Assembly: GCF_006345805.1 (NCBI RefSeq)
Contig: NC_043008.1
Coordinates: forward strand, 16,864,001 to 16,928,000
DNA from: Octopus sinensis
Taxonomy: Eukaryota
Direction of reading: 5' to 3'
Length of the DNA: 64,000 nucleotides
The stretch's first letter is position 1. Each line of letters starts with the position of its first letter. The notes beneath the pieces were generated by a model. It was not told where the DNA came from. It did not search any database and was given only the letters and a program-made list of their open reading frames with translations. Shown piece by piece: positions 25,228-38,739 of the stretch. The position numbers were made by a program, and so were the translations under genes.

Positions 25228-26099
25228 TGTATGTGCGTGTGTAGATACAAATATATACACTCACACGTTGTGCTTGTGTTCCACCACCGCCTGACAACAG
25301 GTGTTGGTTTGTTTAAATCCCCCTAATTTGTGGCTCAGCGAAAGCGACGGAATAAAGAGAAAAAGATATTCCGAGCTTAAAAACAAATACTGGTGTCAAT
25401 CTGTTTAACTAAAACCATTCAGAGAGGTGCTCCAGTATGGACGCAGTCTCAGCCTGACACAAATAGAAGAAAAAGATAAAACAGTAAATGTATCAGTTGC
25501 CTTGATTTCTCTCATCCGCCAACATCGTTTGTAGCAAAACGCTGACTTGCAGCTGTTTTAAGCTGATAACGAAAGACTCTACTGAAATCTCACTAATGAA
25601 GGTCATGTTTAGAAAGCCGAACATCCAAGTTATAAACACTTCTCTATAAAACATATTCTTCTCAAACACGAAGCCAATAATTTTAGTTCGAAGCATTTCA
25701 CCTTATTTAATCATTAAAATTACGTGCCTGCTTTATTAAATTTTGCAATATTAAATTTAATTTTTTTATTTTCTTTATTTCGCAAATCATATTTTCTTTT
25801 CTTTTTTTCGTTGTTTCTTTTCTGATCTGAAATAATTGTTGCTCTCGTAACTAAGTTTCACTTTTACTGACTTTTCCTCGGCTCATGATAAATTAACTTC
25901 ATTATTTTTTTTTCTCTTTCTTCTCTCAAGCCTTTCTTTTCGCTCAGGCTGCTTGCAGTTATTTCAATGAAGATATTTATCTATATCATGTCAGATGTTA
26001 TGAAAGACTTTTATCATATAGACAATATTATATTAGTCCCAGTAGGCCAGCTTCAACTTGTTAGAAATATATGTGTTTATAGGTGATAATTGAGAAATA

Positions 26100-26162
<63 letters not shown>

Positions 26163-26495
26163 TGTCTGGCACCTTGGGCTAGTGTTTTCTGCCATAGCAT
26201 CGGGCGAAATAAAACCTTGTGATTCGATTTGATAGACGGAAACTAAAAGAAGCCCGAGGTACGTATATATGTAGGCATCTATGTGCGTGTGTCTTTGGGT
26301 CTGTGTTTGTCACTTAATCACCGCACGGCAACCGGTGTTGGTGTGTTTACGTCCCCGTAACATAGCGCTTCGGCAAAAGAGACGGTAGCTGGCGGCATTA
26401 AGCCTTCACGAGATGGTGAGACTGATCCCTAAATGTGACATCCGTTGCAAACTCCCTACTTTGAAATTGCCAATAATGTGCTAAGATGAAAATCT

Positions 26496-26521
26496 ACTAC
26501 TACTACTACTACAACTACTAC

Positions 26522-26573
<52 letters not shown>

Positions 26574-26580
26574 AATAATG

Positions 26581-26623
<43 letters not shown>

Positions 26624-26625
26624 TA
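26496..26625. repeat. Compound (CTA)n-(GAT)n-(ATA)n trinucleotide microsatellite
   Basis: Seen directly; abuts a family A head. Confidence 0.95.
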
Positions 26626-26627
26626 TA

Positions 26628-27043
26628 ACGAGGAGTGGCTGTGTGGTAAGAAGCTTGTTTACCAACCACATGGTACCGGGTTCAGTCCCACTGCGTGGCA
26701 ACTTGGGCAAGTGTCTTCTACTATAACCTCGGGCCGACCAAAGCCTTGTGAGTGGATTTGGTAGACGGAAACTGAAAGAAGCCCGTCGTATATATGTATA
26801 TATATATGTATATGTGTGTGCGCGTGTATGTTTGTATTTGTCCCCCTAGCATTGCTTGTCAACCGATGCTGGTGTATTTATGTCCCCGTCACTTAGCGGT
26901 TCGGCAAATGACACCGATAGAATAAGTACTTGGCTTACAAAGAATAAGTCCCGGGGTTGAGTTGCTCGATTAAAGGCGGTGCTCCAGCATGGCCGCAGTA
27001 AAATGACTGAAATAAGTAAAAGAGTAAAAGAGTAAAAGAGTAA
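26628..27043 (+). mobile_element. Family A SINE, full length
   Basis: Complete head, microsatellite and body; three GTAAAAGA tail units. Confidence 0.93.
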
Positions 27044-27550
27044 GTATTATTAAATCTAAATTTAATAAATTAAATGGTAATTCAGAAGAGCACTATCCTT
27101 ATTTAGCACTCCTCAATGATACACATAGGGCAGTGATATAGAACAGTAATATTATGAATTGTGTGTTCCTCTTTCTCAAATCACAAATTGGCGCATTAAC
27201 CATTCGGAAATGTATTTGCCTTGAGAAAATACTCTTTTCAATAAATGGTTCTGATGGAAGAAGCAGTGAGTATGTGGCCATCTCCCTCGCAAACCTTCCA
27301 AGACGGGAGCTGTAAGAAATACATGAGATGAGAGGAAATTCCAGAGATTTGGCTGCCGAGGAAGGATTGGTTGGTTGTTAAATGTTTTAATGTCTGACCT
27401 TTGTAAACTGAGCACACCCTTATTGTGTACATTTGCGAAGAGAATTCGGGTACGTTCTGCGCAAATTTACTCCAATAAATGTAATTGGCTGCGCAGGCTT
27501 TTTGGCAACAAATTTTATTCATTTTTTTTTCTTAGATGTCAAAGTGCCAC

Positions 27551-27726
27551 GCGTAGGAGTGGCTGTGTAGTAAGGAGCTTGCTTACCAACCACATGGTTC
27601 CGGGTTCAGTCCCACTGCGTAGCACCTTTGGCAACTTTCTTCTACTATAGCCTCGGGCCGACCAAAGCCTTGTGAGTGGATTTGGTAGACGGAAACTGAA
27701 AGAAGCCCGTCGTATATAAGTATATG

Positions 27727-27759
<33 letters not shown>

Positions 27760-27980
27760 TTGTGTGTGTGTTTGTGTGTCTGTGTTTGTCCCCCAACATC
27801 GCTTCACAACCGATGCTGATGTGTTTACGTCCCCGTAACCTAGCAGTTCGGCATAATGAGAACCATTAGAATAAGTACTAGGCTTACAAAGAATAAGTCC
27901 TGAGGGTGATTTCCTCGACTAAAGCCGGTGCTCCAGCATGGCCGCTGTCAAATAACTGAAACAAGTAAAAGAGTAAAGAG
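27551..27980 (+). mobile_element. Family A SINE, full length
   Basis: GCGTAGGAGTGGCTGTG head through to the GTAAAAGAGTAAAGAG tail. Confidence 0.93.
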
Positions 27981-28260
27981 AGCGTATCTAAGTTAACGAA
28001 AGACTGTCACTACTTTCGTAAGGACACAGGGTAAGTATCACGATTTTCTACCGTTGCACGGCTGTGTGTTATTGATTGTTATAAAGCATGTGAAGCGGAA
28101 GAAAGTAAAATATGCAAACCTGTTCTGATATTCAAACTGTGACAATGTCGTTGTTACCTACATTACGACGACGGTACCTTGTATCTTTGTTTGAAACTAC
28201 CGCCTTCATTACAGGAGTATTTCAAACAGCTATATACAGAAGAGAACATACATACATACA

Positions 28261-28500
28261 TTATTGTGGCTGCCCCCTCGTTATCGAGTATGGCCATTGC
28301 ACGAAGCTTAACTCTTACTGGTGCTGTGATCGAATGTGACTTTTTAGCCCAGCTAAAGATCTACAATGTCTTGTACAGAATTGGCAGCTAAAACATTTAC
28401 CGGTAATAGCCGGCTGTAGTTGTAACTGGGCTTCATGTACCTTTGCATGCCGTTTAAGTCCTCCTGCTGAATTACACTCTCTTCCACATGCCCGACAGAT
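28261..28500 (-). mobile_element. 5'-truncated 3' end of an RTE-like non-LTR retrotransposon: two C2H2 zinc fingers, stop codon and short 3' UTR
   Basis: ICRACGRECNSAGGLKRHAKVH (C-x2-C-x12-H-x3-H) and FSCQFCTRHCRSLAGLKSHIRSQH*, followed by GGCCATACTCGATAACGAGGGGGCAGCCA and a (TATG)n tract. No TGEKP linkers; inserted in (TACA)n. Confidence 0.7.
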
Positions 28501-29069
28501 ATACATACATACATACATTCATATGTATACACACACACATACTCGCATACGAGTGCGTACATACGTGCACAATGTTTATATATACACATATATATACGCC
28601 TAGGTGAGACTTAGGCCAAACTACAGCGACATTATCGGCTTGTTAGCGGTAAGTTTAGCAACTCGAATATTACATTACAACACCCTTATTCGTATCAGAT
28701 ATTAAATGGGTATCGAATTCTCTTTAATATTCCTATTTGTGATCTATTCGTAATTGCCTTTTCTTTTTTATTGTCTTTCATTTTTCCGGTTTTTCTTTTT
28801 TTTTCTTTTTTTCGTCCTTTTCAAACACATTAATCAAACTAAGACACTGAAATCGAGATTTGTCCCCAGCAAAAACCAACATTTCTATTCTATTTGGTTA
28901 AACTATGATCGACCAAAATTCCCATGATATCACATCGCATTTCATCTCAGACATTCGGAGATTCAATCGCGGTTTGTTTATTAATTAAATGAATTGGGAA
29001 CAGCCTTGTTGAGGAGAACTTTTAGACTTGCCCACCAGGCTTTTAGCAAATTCTCAAATCGACAACCTA

Positions 29070-29110
<41 letters not shown>

Positions 29111-29759
29111 GTAAATAAATAAGTAAGTAAGTATTAAGTGAAAGCAAAATGGTTGTTTTATTTGGTACCAGGCCAAAATCTATGTAGATGACTTTGTGTG
29201 TGCATTTGTTTGTTTGAGATTATACGTAAATTCGATCAAACTGTCCTCAGGAAATTACAATAATGTATTTCAAAAATTTTTCGTCGGAGAGACGGTAGAT
29301 CTTGAAATCAAGATCATAAAACGTTGTACAAATATCTGATAGAATAATTTGCCTGGCTTTCCTTGGGCTCTGCACTAGTGATGTGTATCATAGACGGAGG
29401 TAGAGGTGGGGGTAGGATGTCACAACATACAATAGGTTTGGGGTATTTTAAACCTAGCAGACTCCATCCTATTTTAGGTCTGACTACAACCGATTTGGTC
29501 CACAAACACAAGGAGAAGAACTGACCCCAGAACAAGACTGAGATTTTTTGTTTGTTTTTTTTTTACTTTGAAGGAAAATATATTTGGTTCAGAAGTGGCT
29601 ATGTGGTTAAGAAACTCGGTTTGAAATCACGTGATTTTGGATTCAAAAAGTCAACCGTATTGAAGTTCAACAAATGACAACATTATTAGATATTCTGAAA
29701 TAGTAAATATTAAAAGGAAGAGTGAAATCATATTTTCCTCTTTAATTACGTATTTTTAA

Positions 29760-29979
29760 ACCTTTAGCATTTAAACCGGCCATATCCAGCCCAATTATTG
29801 TACCAGTTTTATGTTCAGACCAGACAAATCTGGCCTCTCACACGTACCCTATAATGTCATTCTAAACATACACAATCACATCATCAAAGTCTTAAAGGTA
29901 AGAGATAACGAATTCTTAATTCAAAACAATATGAATAAATAAGCATTACATTTGACAAAGCAGTTTGAATGCTAAAGGG
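29760..29979. mobile_element. piggyBac-type MITE
   Basis: TIRs ACCTTTAGCATTTAAAC / GTTTGAATGCTAAAGGG; flanked by TTAA and TCAA (decayed TTAA TSD). Confidence 0.8.
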
Positions 29980-30126
29980 TCAAATGCATTTCCGGCGTTC
30001 ATAGTTGAAGCTTACATTTCTATAATAAAGGCAAATGCTCAGCTTTCTGAAACATGCAGTAAAATCGTCATTAAATCATACTCTCCTCTTTCTCTTTTTC
30101 TCTATATAAGCTAGCATGAATTAATC

Positions 30127-30724
30127 TTTTCTGCTATAGGCACAAGGCCTGAAATTCGGGGAGAGTGGATTAGTTAATTATATCAACCCAGCGTTTCACT
30201 AGTACGTAATTTATTGGCCCCGAAAAGGATGAAACGCAAAGTCGACCTCGGCGGAATTTGAACTCAGAGAGTAGTGACGTGCGAAATGCCGCTAAGCATT
30301 TCGTCCAGCGTGCTAACGATTCTTATTTCTTTACTGCACACAGAGAGGACAAACAAGAACAGACAGACGGATTAAGTCGATTATATCTACTCCAGTGTGT
30401 AACTGGTACTTATTTAATCGACCCCGAAACGATGAAAGGCAAAGTCGAACTCGGTGGAATTTGAACTCAGAACATAAAGACAGACGATATACCTATTTCT
30501 TTACTATCCACAAGGGGCTAAACGCAGAAAGGACAAACAAGGACAGACAAACGGATTACGTTGATTATATCGATCCCAGTGCGTAACTGGTACTTGTTTA
30601 ATCGACCCTGAAAGGATGAAAGGCAATGTCGACCTCGGCGGCATTTGAACTCAGAACATAAAGACAGACGATATACCGCTAAGCATTTCGTCCAGCGGGC
30701 TAACGATTCTGCCAGCTCGCCGCC
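30127..30724 (-). mobile_element. Family B SINE trimer (one head, junctions at 30493/4 and 30323/4, 3'-most unit has a different tail)
   Basis: Three successive central domains; possible decayed TSD GCAT(G/T)AA(T/A)TAAT at 30114-30125 and 30733-30744. Confidence 0.9.
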
Positions 30725-32534
30725 TTCAGCTTGCATTAAATAATGTTATCACCTATTATTTCTAGAACAAATAGCAGGAGAGAAGCAACCTAACAGTTCA
30801 CAGCAAGAGATTATGAGCTAAGAGAGTGTGAAAGAGAATGATTGACACATATAAAATATATTGTAGGAGTACAGATATTAATATACAAGTAGACACACGT
30901 GCGTGTATCTACTGATGCAAAAAGGTGCGAGGAAGGTAAACATTGACCTAGGGCTAAACAGCAGCATCAACTTTTCTATAATGTTATATGTAATTAACTG
31001 CTAACTGGACTGGGCTTTTGAGATTCAAATACTTTGTCCGTAAAACTCAACACTGATTTTCTTTATTTGTAAGCAAGAGTTTTTTCTTCATGTATTTTAG
31101 CAAAATATTTCTTTATACACGCAGTCTTCTAACTGTCTGCGATTCTTAAGTAGCATCACTCTTAAGCAATTCTCAGTGGGATATTAAAATAAATATAACA
31201 ATATCTTGTTATGCTAATAATTTTTAAAATGCCTTAGAAACAAAATGTCTAAGAAATAAGGAAATAGAAAGATTCCCCTAACGTACGTACAAACACGAAC
31301 GCATACACACACACGTACATTATTATTTCGTAAGTTGCACTACAGTAATCATATCAAGACATCTAGGAATTATTCATACGATATCATAACTGTCGATAAC
31401 TGAATAAATATACAGTGGCAATATTAATGATTAGAGACATAAGCTGGTGGTGGGAATCGTCTGGAGGCGTGTGCGTGGGGGAAATATCTGAATAGATTAG
31501 ATAGATTAGATAAACTATGTATTTGTTAAACTAATATTCCTAGTTAGAAAGGAAAGCATCTAGATCATAACCAGCTCTGCTCTCTCTCCACAATAAAATC
31601 AACGTTGTTAGCTATCAATACACCATTTTGCTTGAGGGTTGTTATAAGGAAATATTTTTCGATCTATTATTGATAGTTATCAAACACTTTTCTCGATAGT
31701 TCTAATGTTGTTCACGTCTATCAAGAATCGACGATTACCGGTGATTGATTTAACCAGTTATGTCAGGAGAACGTGTTGTACGGCCGTGATAAATGAAATT
31801 TCTAATCTAATCTATTTCGTTTATAAAGAGATATGTTACACCATTAACTTTATTCGTTTATGTCTTTACGTTCTAAGATGGCGTGTTATGTCTTTAAGAT
31901 TTTCGTTAGCGTGTTTTGACTATCTTTAAGAATGTGTGTATACCGGCATAAAAACGTTAGGTTTCGAGCGACATGGCATCATTTGCTAAAACATTTGCGT
32001 TCAAATTTTACGAACGGCTAATTTGCTTATGATCAGTCTAATAATTAGTTCCAAAACACACACACACACACACACACATCAATTTATTCTAACCATAGGC
32101 GACGTGCTGACAAAATCGTTAGCCGGACAAAATCCTTGGCAGCATTTCATCCGGCCTTATGTTCTGAGTTCAGATTCCGTTGAGGTCGACTTTGCCTTTC
32201 TCCCTTTCGTGGTCCAGTGTTCCAATAATTCAGTACCAGTCAATAAGTACCTAAATCGATGTAATCGATAAGCCTTATCTTCCAAAGATTTTCGGCCTTT
32301 TACCTGTTGTGGAAATAATTTATTCCATGTTCAGTTTCTCCTCCAGAAATGGAAAAAGGAACTAAAGGTCCAAGCGTACGGAAACTTCAACATCCGATAA
32401 ATTTACTGAAGTATATATATATAATTATTTTTTCCTCGTCTGTTTGTATGTATGTATCATACACATACATAATTCTAGGATCTTAAATGAATACACATAC
32501 ACGCAAGCACGCACATACACACATACATAAAAAC

Positions 32535-32576
<42 letters not shown>

Positions 32577-32579
<3 letters not shown>

Positions 32580-32754
32580 TTTGTAAGGGGACCAGGAAGA
32601 TATACGAGGACGGAAATGTAGCTGAAGAGGTCACAGATGTGTGACGATAGGTCTCCAGACATTGGACATCAGTTACAATAAGAACAGTAATACACGAGTG
32701 AAGAATGAATATATAGTGCGTGTGTTTATTTGGCAAAAAGAAATGACCGCCCAA

Positions 32755-32756
<2 letters not shown>
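32577..32756 (+). mobile_element. Small element in (TA)n with a decayed hammerhead-like motif (family H3)
   Basis: (TA)n at both ends; the 5' part is homologous to the reverse complement of 34867-34935. Confidence 0.7.
32615..32663 (+). ncRNA. Decayed type I hammerhead-like motif, canonical CUGAAGA but GAUA in place of GAAA
   Basis: AATGTAG-CTGAAGA-G-GTCACA GATG TGTGAC-GATA-GGTC-TC-CAGACATT. Perfect 6-bp stem II; stem I AAUGU/ACAUU with defects next to the core. Confidence 0.5.
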
Positions 32757-32802
<46 letters not shown>

Positions 32803-34375
32803 GGTATATTTCGGAATGGTAATCTCATGCATGATCCTGGAATTTGCAGCTCGACCTGAGCTCTACTAAAGAACACCTACATTGTGAGATCAATTTCGCA
32901 ACTTCATGAATACTGAGAGGCGTTAACTACTTCATAATTCCTTATATTATAGGCACACGTCCTGAAATTTTAGGGGAAATTTTAACCTCGTATATAGTAC
33001 GCACTAGGGATTTTGAACTTTAAATCTTGGGGGAAAAAATGCGGATTATACTCGAGGATTTACGGTATTTTATGAACCCGAAAAGGATGAAAGGGAAAGT
33101 CGACCTCGGTGGTATTCGAACTCAGACCTTGAAGACGGACGTAATGCCGCTAAGCATTATGTTCGGCGTGCAAACGATTCATCCAGCACGTTGCCTTTTA
33201 ACCAATCGTATATTACTGCATGTATGTAAACAGCTACACAGACGCAGGGAGAAGAGAGAGGGAGAAAGAGAGGGAACAAGAGAGAAGGACAGACAGACAG
33301 ATAGACAAACTGAGGGGATGAGAGAAAGAAAAATATGAAAGACATACGGAGTTTAGTAAATTTGGCAAATATGCAATCTCATTACGTCTCTCGCTTCTTC
33401 GTTTTCCTGTAATTCTTTCTTGATCTCTCTCACACGTCTCTACATCTCTGAATAAATACACGCATGTGTGTCTGTTTCTGTGTTAATGTCTTTCTTCCTA
33501 AGTATATTCAATATATGTCAATCATTCTCTCCTTTACACTGTCTTAACACAGTTCTATCGCCGTGTGCTACACTCTGCTTATCTCTTCTCCTTTCCACCT
33601 GTCATCTCTTTCTCGGAAACTTATTCTTCGTCAGTTGCATATTTTCACATAATATTAGCTTTTCGATCTTATGAATAAATACCCTCTTTCTCATACCTCC
33701 TCCTCCACCACTCTCTCTTTCTCTCTCTCTCTCTCTCTGTCTCTCTCTGTCTCTGTCTGTCTGTCTCTCTCTCCCTCCCTCTCTTTCTCTTTCTCTCTCT
33801 CTCTCTCTCACTCTGTTGCTGAGTTGTTTGACTTCACTCCATAACTGCTTTTCACACTTTCATTCGTCAAGACACATTAATACCACAATCCTCATCTCTC
33901 CCTCTCTCTCTGTCTCCCTCTCTGTCACCCTCTCTGTATCCCTCACTCTCTTTCCCTCCCCTCTCTCCCTATCCCTATCCCTCCCTCCTCCTCTGCATAT
34001 GATGCTATCTGCCTACAGGCAAGAGTCAGGTTGTTATAGTTTTATTTTCAAGCGGGATTTATCTAGGACTACATTCTCCCTTTCATCTTTTAAGAGAGGA
34101 GAGGTTAACTCGAAGAAGATGTGGTTAGTATTTCTTAGAGGACGTGGCACTAACCATAATTGAATTAACTTTCCGTTACTGGACCAGAAATTCAGGAGGA
34201 TATAATTTGCTTTAGTCTCCTCTCAAATACAGAAAATTAATTAGTTATTTATTTGCTGAACGCATGAGAAATTTCATTCAGACGATAAATAACCGTGTAA
34301 AAAAAGTGATATTTTAATTCCAAAAGTTAACTTTTAACGTTAACAATGAACATGTTTTAGAATAAAATAACATTT

Positions 34376-34866
34376 TCTACTCTAGGCACAAGGCCCGAAA
34401 TTTTGTTGGAGGGGGCCAGTCGATTAGATCGACACCAGTACTCAACTGGTATTTAATTTATCGACCCCGAAAGGATGAAAGGCAAAGTCGACTTCGGCGG
34501 AATTTGAACTCAGAACGTAACGGCAGACGAAATACCTATTTCTTTACTACCCACAAGGGGCTAAACACAGAGGACAAACAAGGACAGACAAACAGATTAA
34601 GTCGATTATATCGACCCAGTGCGTAACTGGTACTTATTTAATCGACACCGAAAGGATGAAAAGCAAAGTCGACCTCGGCGGAATTTGAACTCAGAACGTA
34701 GCGGCAGACGAAATACCGCTAACCATTTCGTCCAGCGTGCTAACGTTTCTTATTTCTTTACTGTCCACAAGGGTCTAAACATAGAGGGGACAAACAAGGA
34801 CAGACAAACTGATTAAGTCGATTATATCGACACCGGTGCGTAACTGGTACTTAATTTATCGACCCC
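34376..34866 (-). mobile_element. Family B SINE trimer, 5'-truncated (junctions at 34750/1 and 34536/7)
   Basis: Three central domains; the 3'-most unit has the GGGCCTTGTGCCTAGAG-type tail. Confidence 0.9.
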
Positions 34867-34957
34867 TGTTCAACGACATTTCCGTCCTCGTGTGTCTTCT
34901 TGCTCCACTTAGTCCATTTTTACGAATTCATAGAAGTATACATACATACATACATAT

Positions 34958-35377
34958 GCGTAGGAGTGGCTGTGTGGTAAGTAGCTTGCTTACAAGCCAC
35001 ATGGTTCCGCGTTAAGTCCCACTGCGTGGCACCTTGGGTGTCTTCTACTATAGCCTCGAGCCAACCAAAGCTTTGTGAGTGGATTTGGTAGACGGAAACT
35101 GAAAGAAGCCTGTCGTATATATGTATAATTTATTTGTATGTGTGAGTGTGTGTCTTTGTTTGTGTGTCTGTGTTTGTACCCGCAAACATCGATTGACAAC
35201 GGATGCTGGTGTGCTTACGTCCCCGTAACTTTAGCGGTTCGGCTAAAGAGACCGATAGAATAAGTACTAGGCTTACAAAGAATAAGTCCTGGGGTCGATT
35301 TTCTCGACTAAAGGCAGTGCTCCAGCATGGCCACAGTCAAATGACTGAAACAAGTAAAAGAGTAAAAGAGTAAAAGA

Positions 35378-35380
<3 letters not shown>
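34958..35380 (+). mobile_element. Family A SINE, full length
   Basis: Complete head to tail with three GTAAAAGA units. Confidence 0.92.
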
Positions 35381-35431
<51 letters not shown>

Positions 35432-36077
35432 AATATGTATATATATATACGTACACTTATTAACACACATATACGTACGTATAGTATATACGACGGGATG
35501 CATTTAGTTTCCGTCTACCACGTCTACTCACATGGCATTGGTCAGCCCGAAGCTTTAGTAGAAGTCACTTGCCCAATATACCATGCAATGTAACTGAACA
35601 CGAAACCATGTGGTTGAGAATCAAGCTTCTTACCATGCAAACACGACTGCGCTTATAGAGTTCTATTTCACACAATATCAAGACATGTAAAACCTCACTA
35701 ATAGCCAGATGCTTCGAATAAAATGGGAAAGAAACAAAAAAAAAGGGAACAATCAAATGTTCAAAGAGAATTTGCAGACGCTATTACGAGGAATGATTCA
35801 CAAAAAAAGAGGCCGACTAGGCCTGAAGCGACGAATAATATCTCATAAGATGAAATAAGTCCATGTGCCGTGAGAAGATGGGATTTTGGAAGTTTTGGTG
35901 AGAGTGTTATGTTTGAAAGTTCGAAACATGATTCTTTTTACAGTACGCAATGGTATTCTATTTCTGAATTTTATTAACTGTTTTCTTTATGAAAAAAAAA
36001 AAAAATATATATATATATGTGTGTGTGTGTGCATGTATATAAGTTTATATATATATATATTATATATATATATTATA

Positions 36078-36128
<51 letters not shown>

Positions 36129-37554
36129 TATACATATAAATATACATATATGTATATATATATATTTATGTACGTATATATATATATGTATGTATATATA
36201 CAAATATATATATACATATGTATATATATATATAACGTCTGTAAGAAGCATAAATCCTAAGAAGCATATGTTAGACTATCTTAGAGAGTGAGAGAGAGAG
36301 AGTGTGTGTGTGTGTGTATGTGTGTGTGTGCGCGTGTTTGTGCGTGTGTGTGTGTGCGTGTGTGCATACATAGCTGCTTCGTACCATTAGTTACTTCTAT
36401 CATCTAATAAAAATAAAAGATTTCTTCTACAGATAAAAAAAAAGACCTGAAATTTGCAGAGGTGTAAACGAGGCATTTTAATCGACAAATATATTAGTGG
36501 TACTTACATCCGTGACCCCTGAAGAGATAAAAGATATCGTTAAACATGGCTACTGTTTGAACTCGAGATATAGAAGTCACAAGAGTAAATAATGATAGTA
36601 TTTATTACTCCACTATTTGTGGAAAACTCAGTGATAAAAGCACGTCTTTGTTTTTATTTAATTCACTTCGATGTTGTTTATCTTCTTTCAGTTCTATTTA
36701 ATTTTATTTTCCGAATGGTTCCCAGTATTATTTGCAATCGCCCAAATATTATTCTAGAGCCTACAATCTAGGTTTTATCACGTTAGAGACGTTTTTTCGA
36801 CTTCCTCTTCTCTATGGTTGGCTGGCATGTCAAGCAGGTACATCCGTTCAGCGCTCATGTTTCAAACGTGTGTGACGGTAACGTATTGAAAAGTTATTAA
36901 TCTATTGGAGGTACTAATGGCGATGGTGGTGGTGGTGGTGGTTGTATTAGTAGCAGTGGTGGTGGTATTAGTGGTGATGTGTGATAGGTGAGAAGGATTT
37001 TCAGACGAGAACAGAGAATCAAGAGAAGCGAATGGTACAACATGAAGAGGTTCCATGTGTTTTAAGGATAGAGTAAATAAAGTTTTACATACATAGAATT
37101 AATAAATATACGCACAAGCATTTTTTTCCCGGAATAGAATTCGGAGAAAGAGAATAGATGGAAATACTGATACATTTGCTCACCAGCATAGCAACAAATA
37201 TATATATGAACCTGTAAAGGCTTTCAACTGAAGTTTTATCAACTTGACGTAAAGGAAAAATGCTCGCTAGTGACGAAAAAGGTGTTGGAAAGCCTTAGCT
37301 TTTTATGATGAGTAAGATTTTTCTTTTTTTCTCTCTATAGCAAAGTGCAGTAAAAAGCCTGTGTAGGTACAAATATATCTCAAACATATTTGAAATGGTA
37401 TGAAATGTGTTTATTTTCCTGTCAATTCTTTCCGCACGAAATAACTGGTATTTTATTTTACCGACACAAGAAAAATGTCAGCCAAAATTAACTTCAGCAG
37501 TTTTTGATCAGAGAAAGTAAAAAAAAAAAAAAGGCAGTTGTTGGCTATATAGAT

Positions 37555-37974
37555 ACTTATCTCTTTATTGCCCACAAGGGTCTAAACACAGAAGGGACAA
37601 ACAAAGACAGACAAAGGGATTAAGTCGATTACATCGACCACAGTGCGTAACTGGTACTTAATTTATCGACCCTGAAAGGATGAAGGGCAAAGTCGACCTA
37701 GGCGGAATTTGAACTCAGAACGTAACAGCAGACGAAATACCTATTTCATTACTATCCAAAAAGGGCTAAACACAGAGGGGACAAACAAGGACAGACAAAC
37801 GGATTAAGTCAATTACATCGACCCCAGTGCGTAACTGGTGCTTAATTTATCGACCCCGAAAGGATGAAAGGCAAAAACGACCTCGGTGGAATTTGAAGTC
37901 AGAATGTAACGTCAGACGAAATATCGCTAAGCATTTCGCCCGGCATGCTAACGATTCTGCCAGCTCGCAGCCCA
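37555..37974 (-). mobile_element. Family B SINE dimer flanked by a 14-bp TSD
   Basis: TSD TTGGCTATATAGAT at 37541-37554 and 37975-37988; internal junction at 37741/2. Confidence 0.93.
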
Positions 37975-38486
37975 TTGGCTATATAGATTCTGACAATGTA
38001 CAAACCTATGCCAAAACATTGTGTCCTGTAACGTTATTACGAACAAAACTCGATGCGTTTATAGACAAAATCTACATTGAACATTTGCCTCTGAAACTAA
38101 ATCTCCCAACCAATACTTTCACTTATACTCCGGAAGGAATGTGCTCAAATTAAATACACACAACTATATATCGATCCATGTTGCATTGTCTGCTTGCACT
38201 AAATTGATTCCAGGTATATAAGCCTCAACACACACCAGCAAATGCATTGTTTCTTGTTTTCTATAAACAGGAAAAAGTGTTCCGGCCTAGTTTCAAATTA
38301 CCTTGGCGGTATCACCCACTAAGTAAGCGTATCACGACTATAAGCAGTTTATCACACCCTATAAGTAGTTTATTCGGCCTGATGTGTTGCTTTTAGACTA
38401 AAAAAAATTGTAGAGAGATAATTTTTTTCTCTAAGACAATAATCTGCAGGGATAGTCATCAGCGTTCCAGTGAGGAGGAACATCAT

Positions 38487-38546
<60 letters not shown>

Positions 38547-38739
38547 CAAAGTACTTTTACAAAAACGGGGTCACAATGACTTCGACGTTATGGTCTGCTA
38601 CTCTTCGAAATCATTGTCTCTGTTCATCTTGTAAAAAGTTACGATAAACATGTGTTTTACATAACCTGTTGAGTAATTCTCCAGGTTAATATTTTTTTCA
38701 TAACTTCTCTTTAAAAGGAACACCATGTTCCTTTACGTG

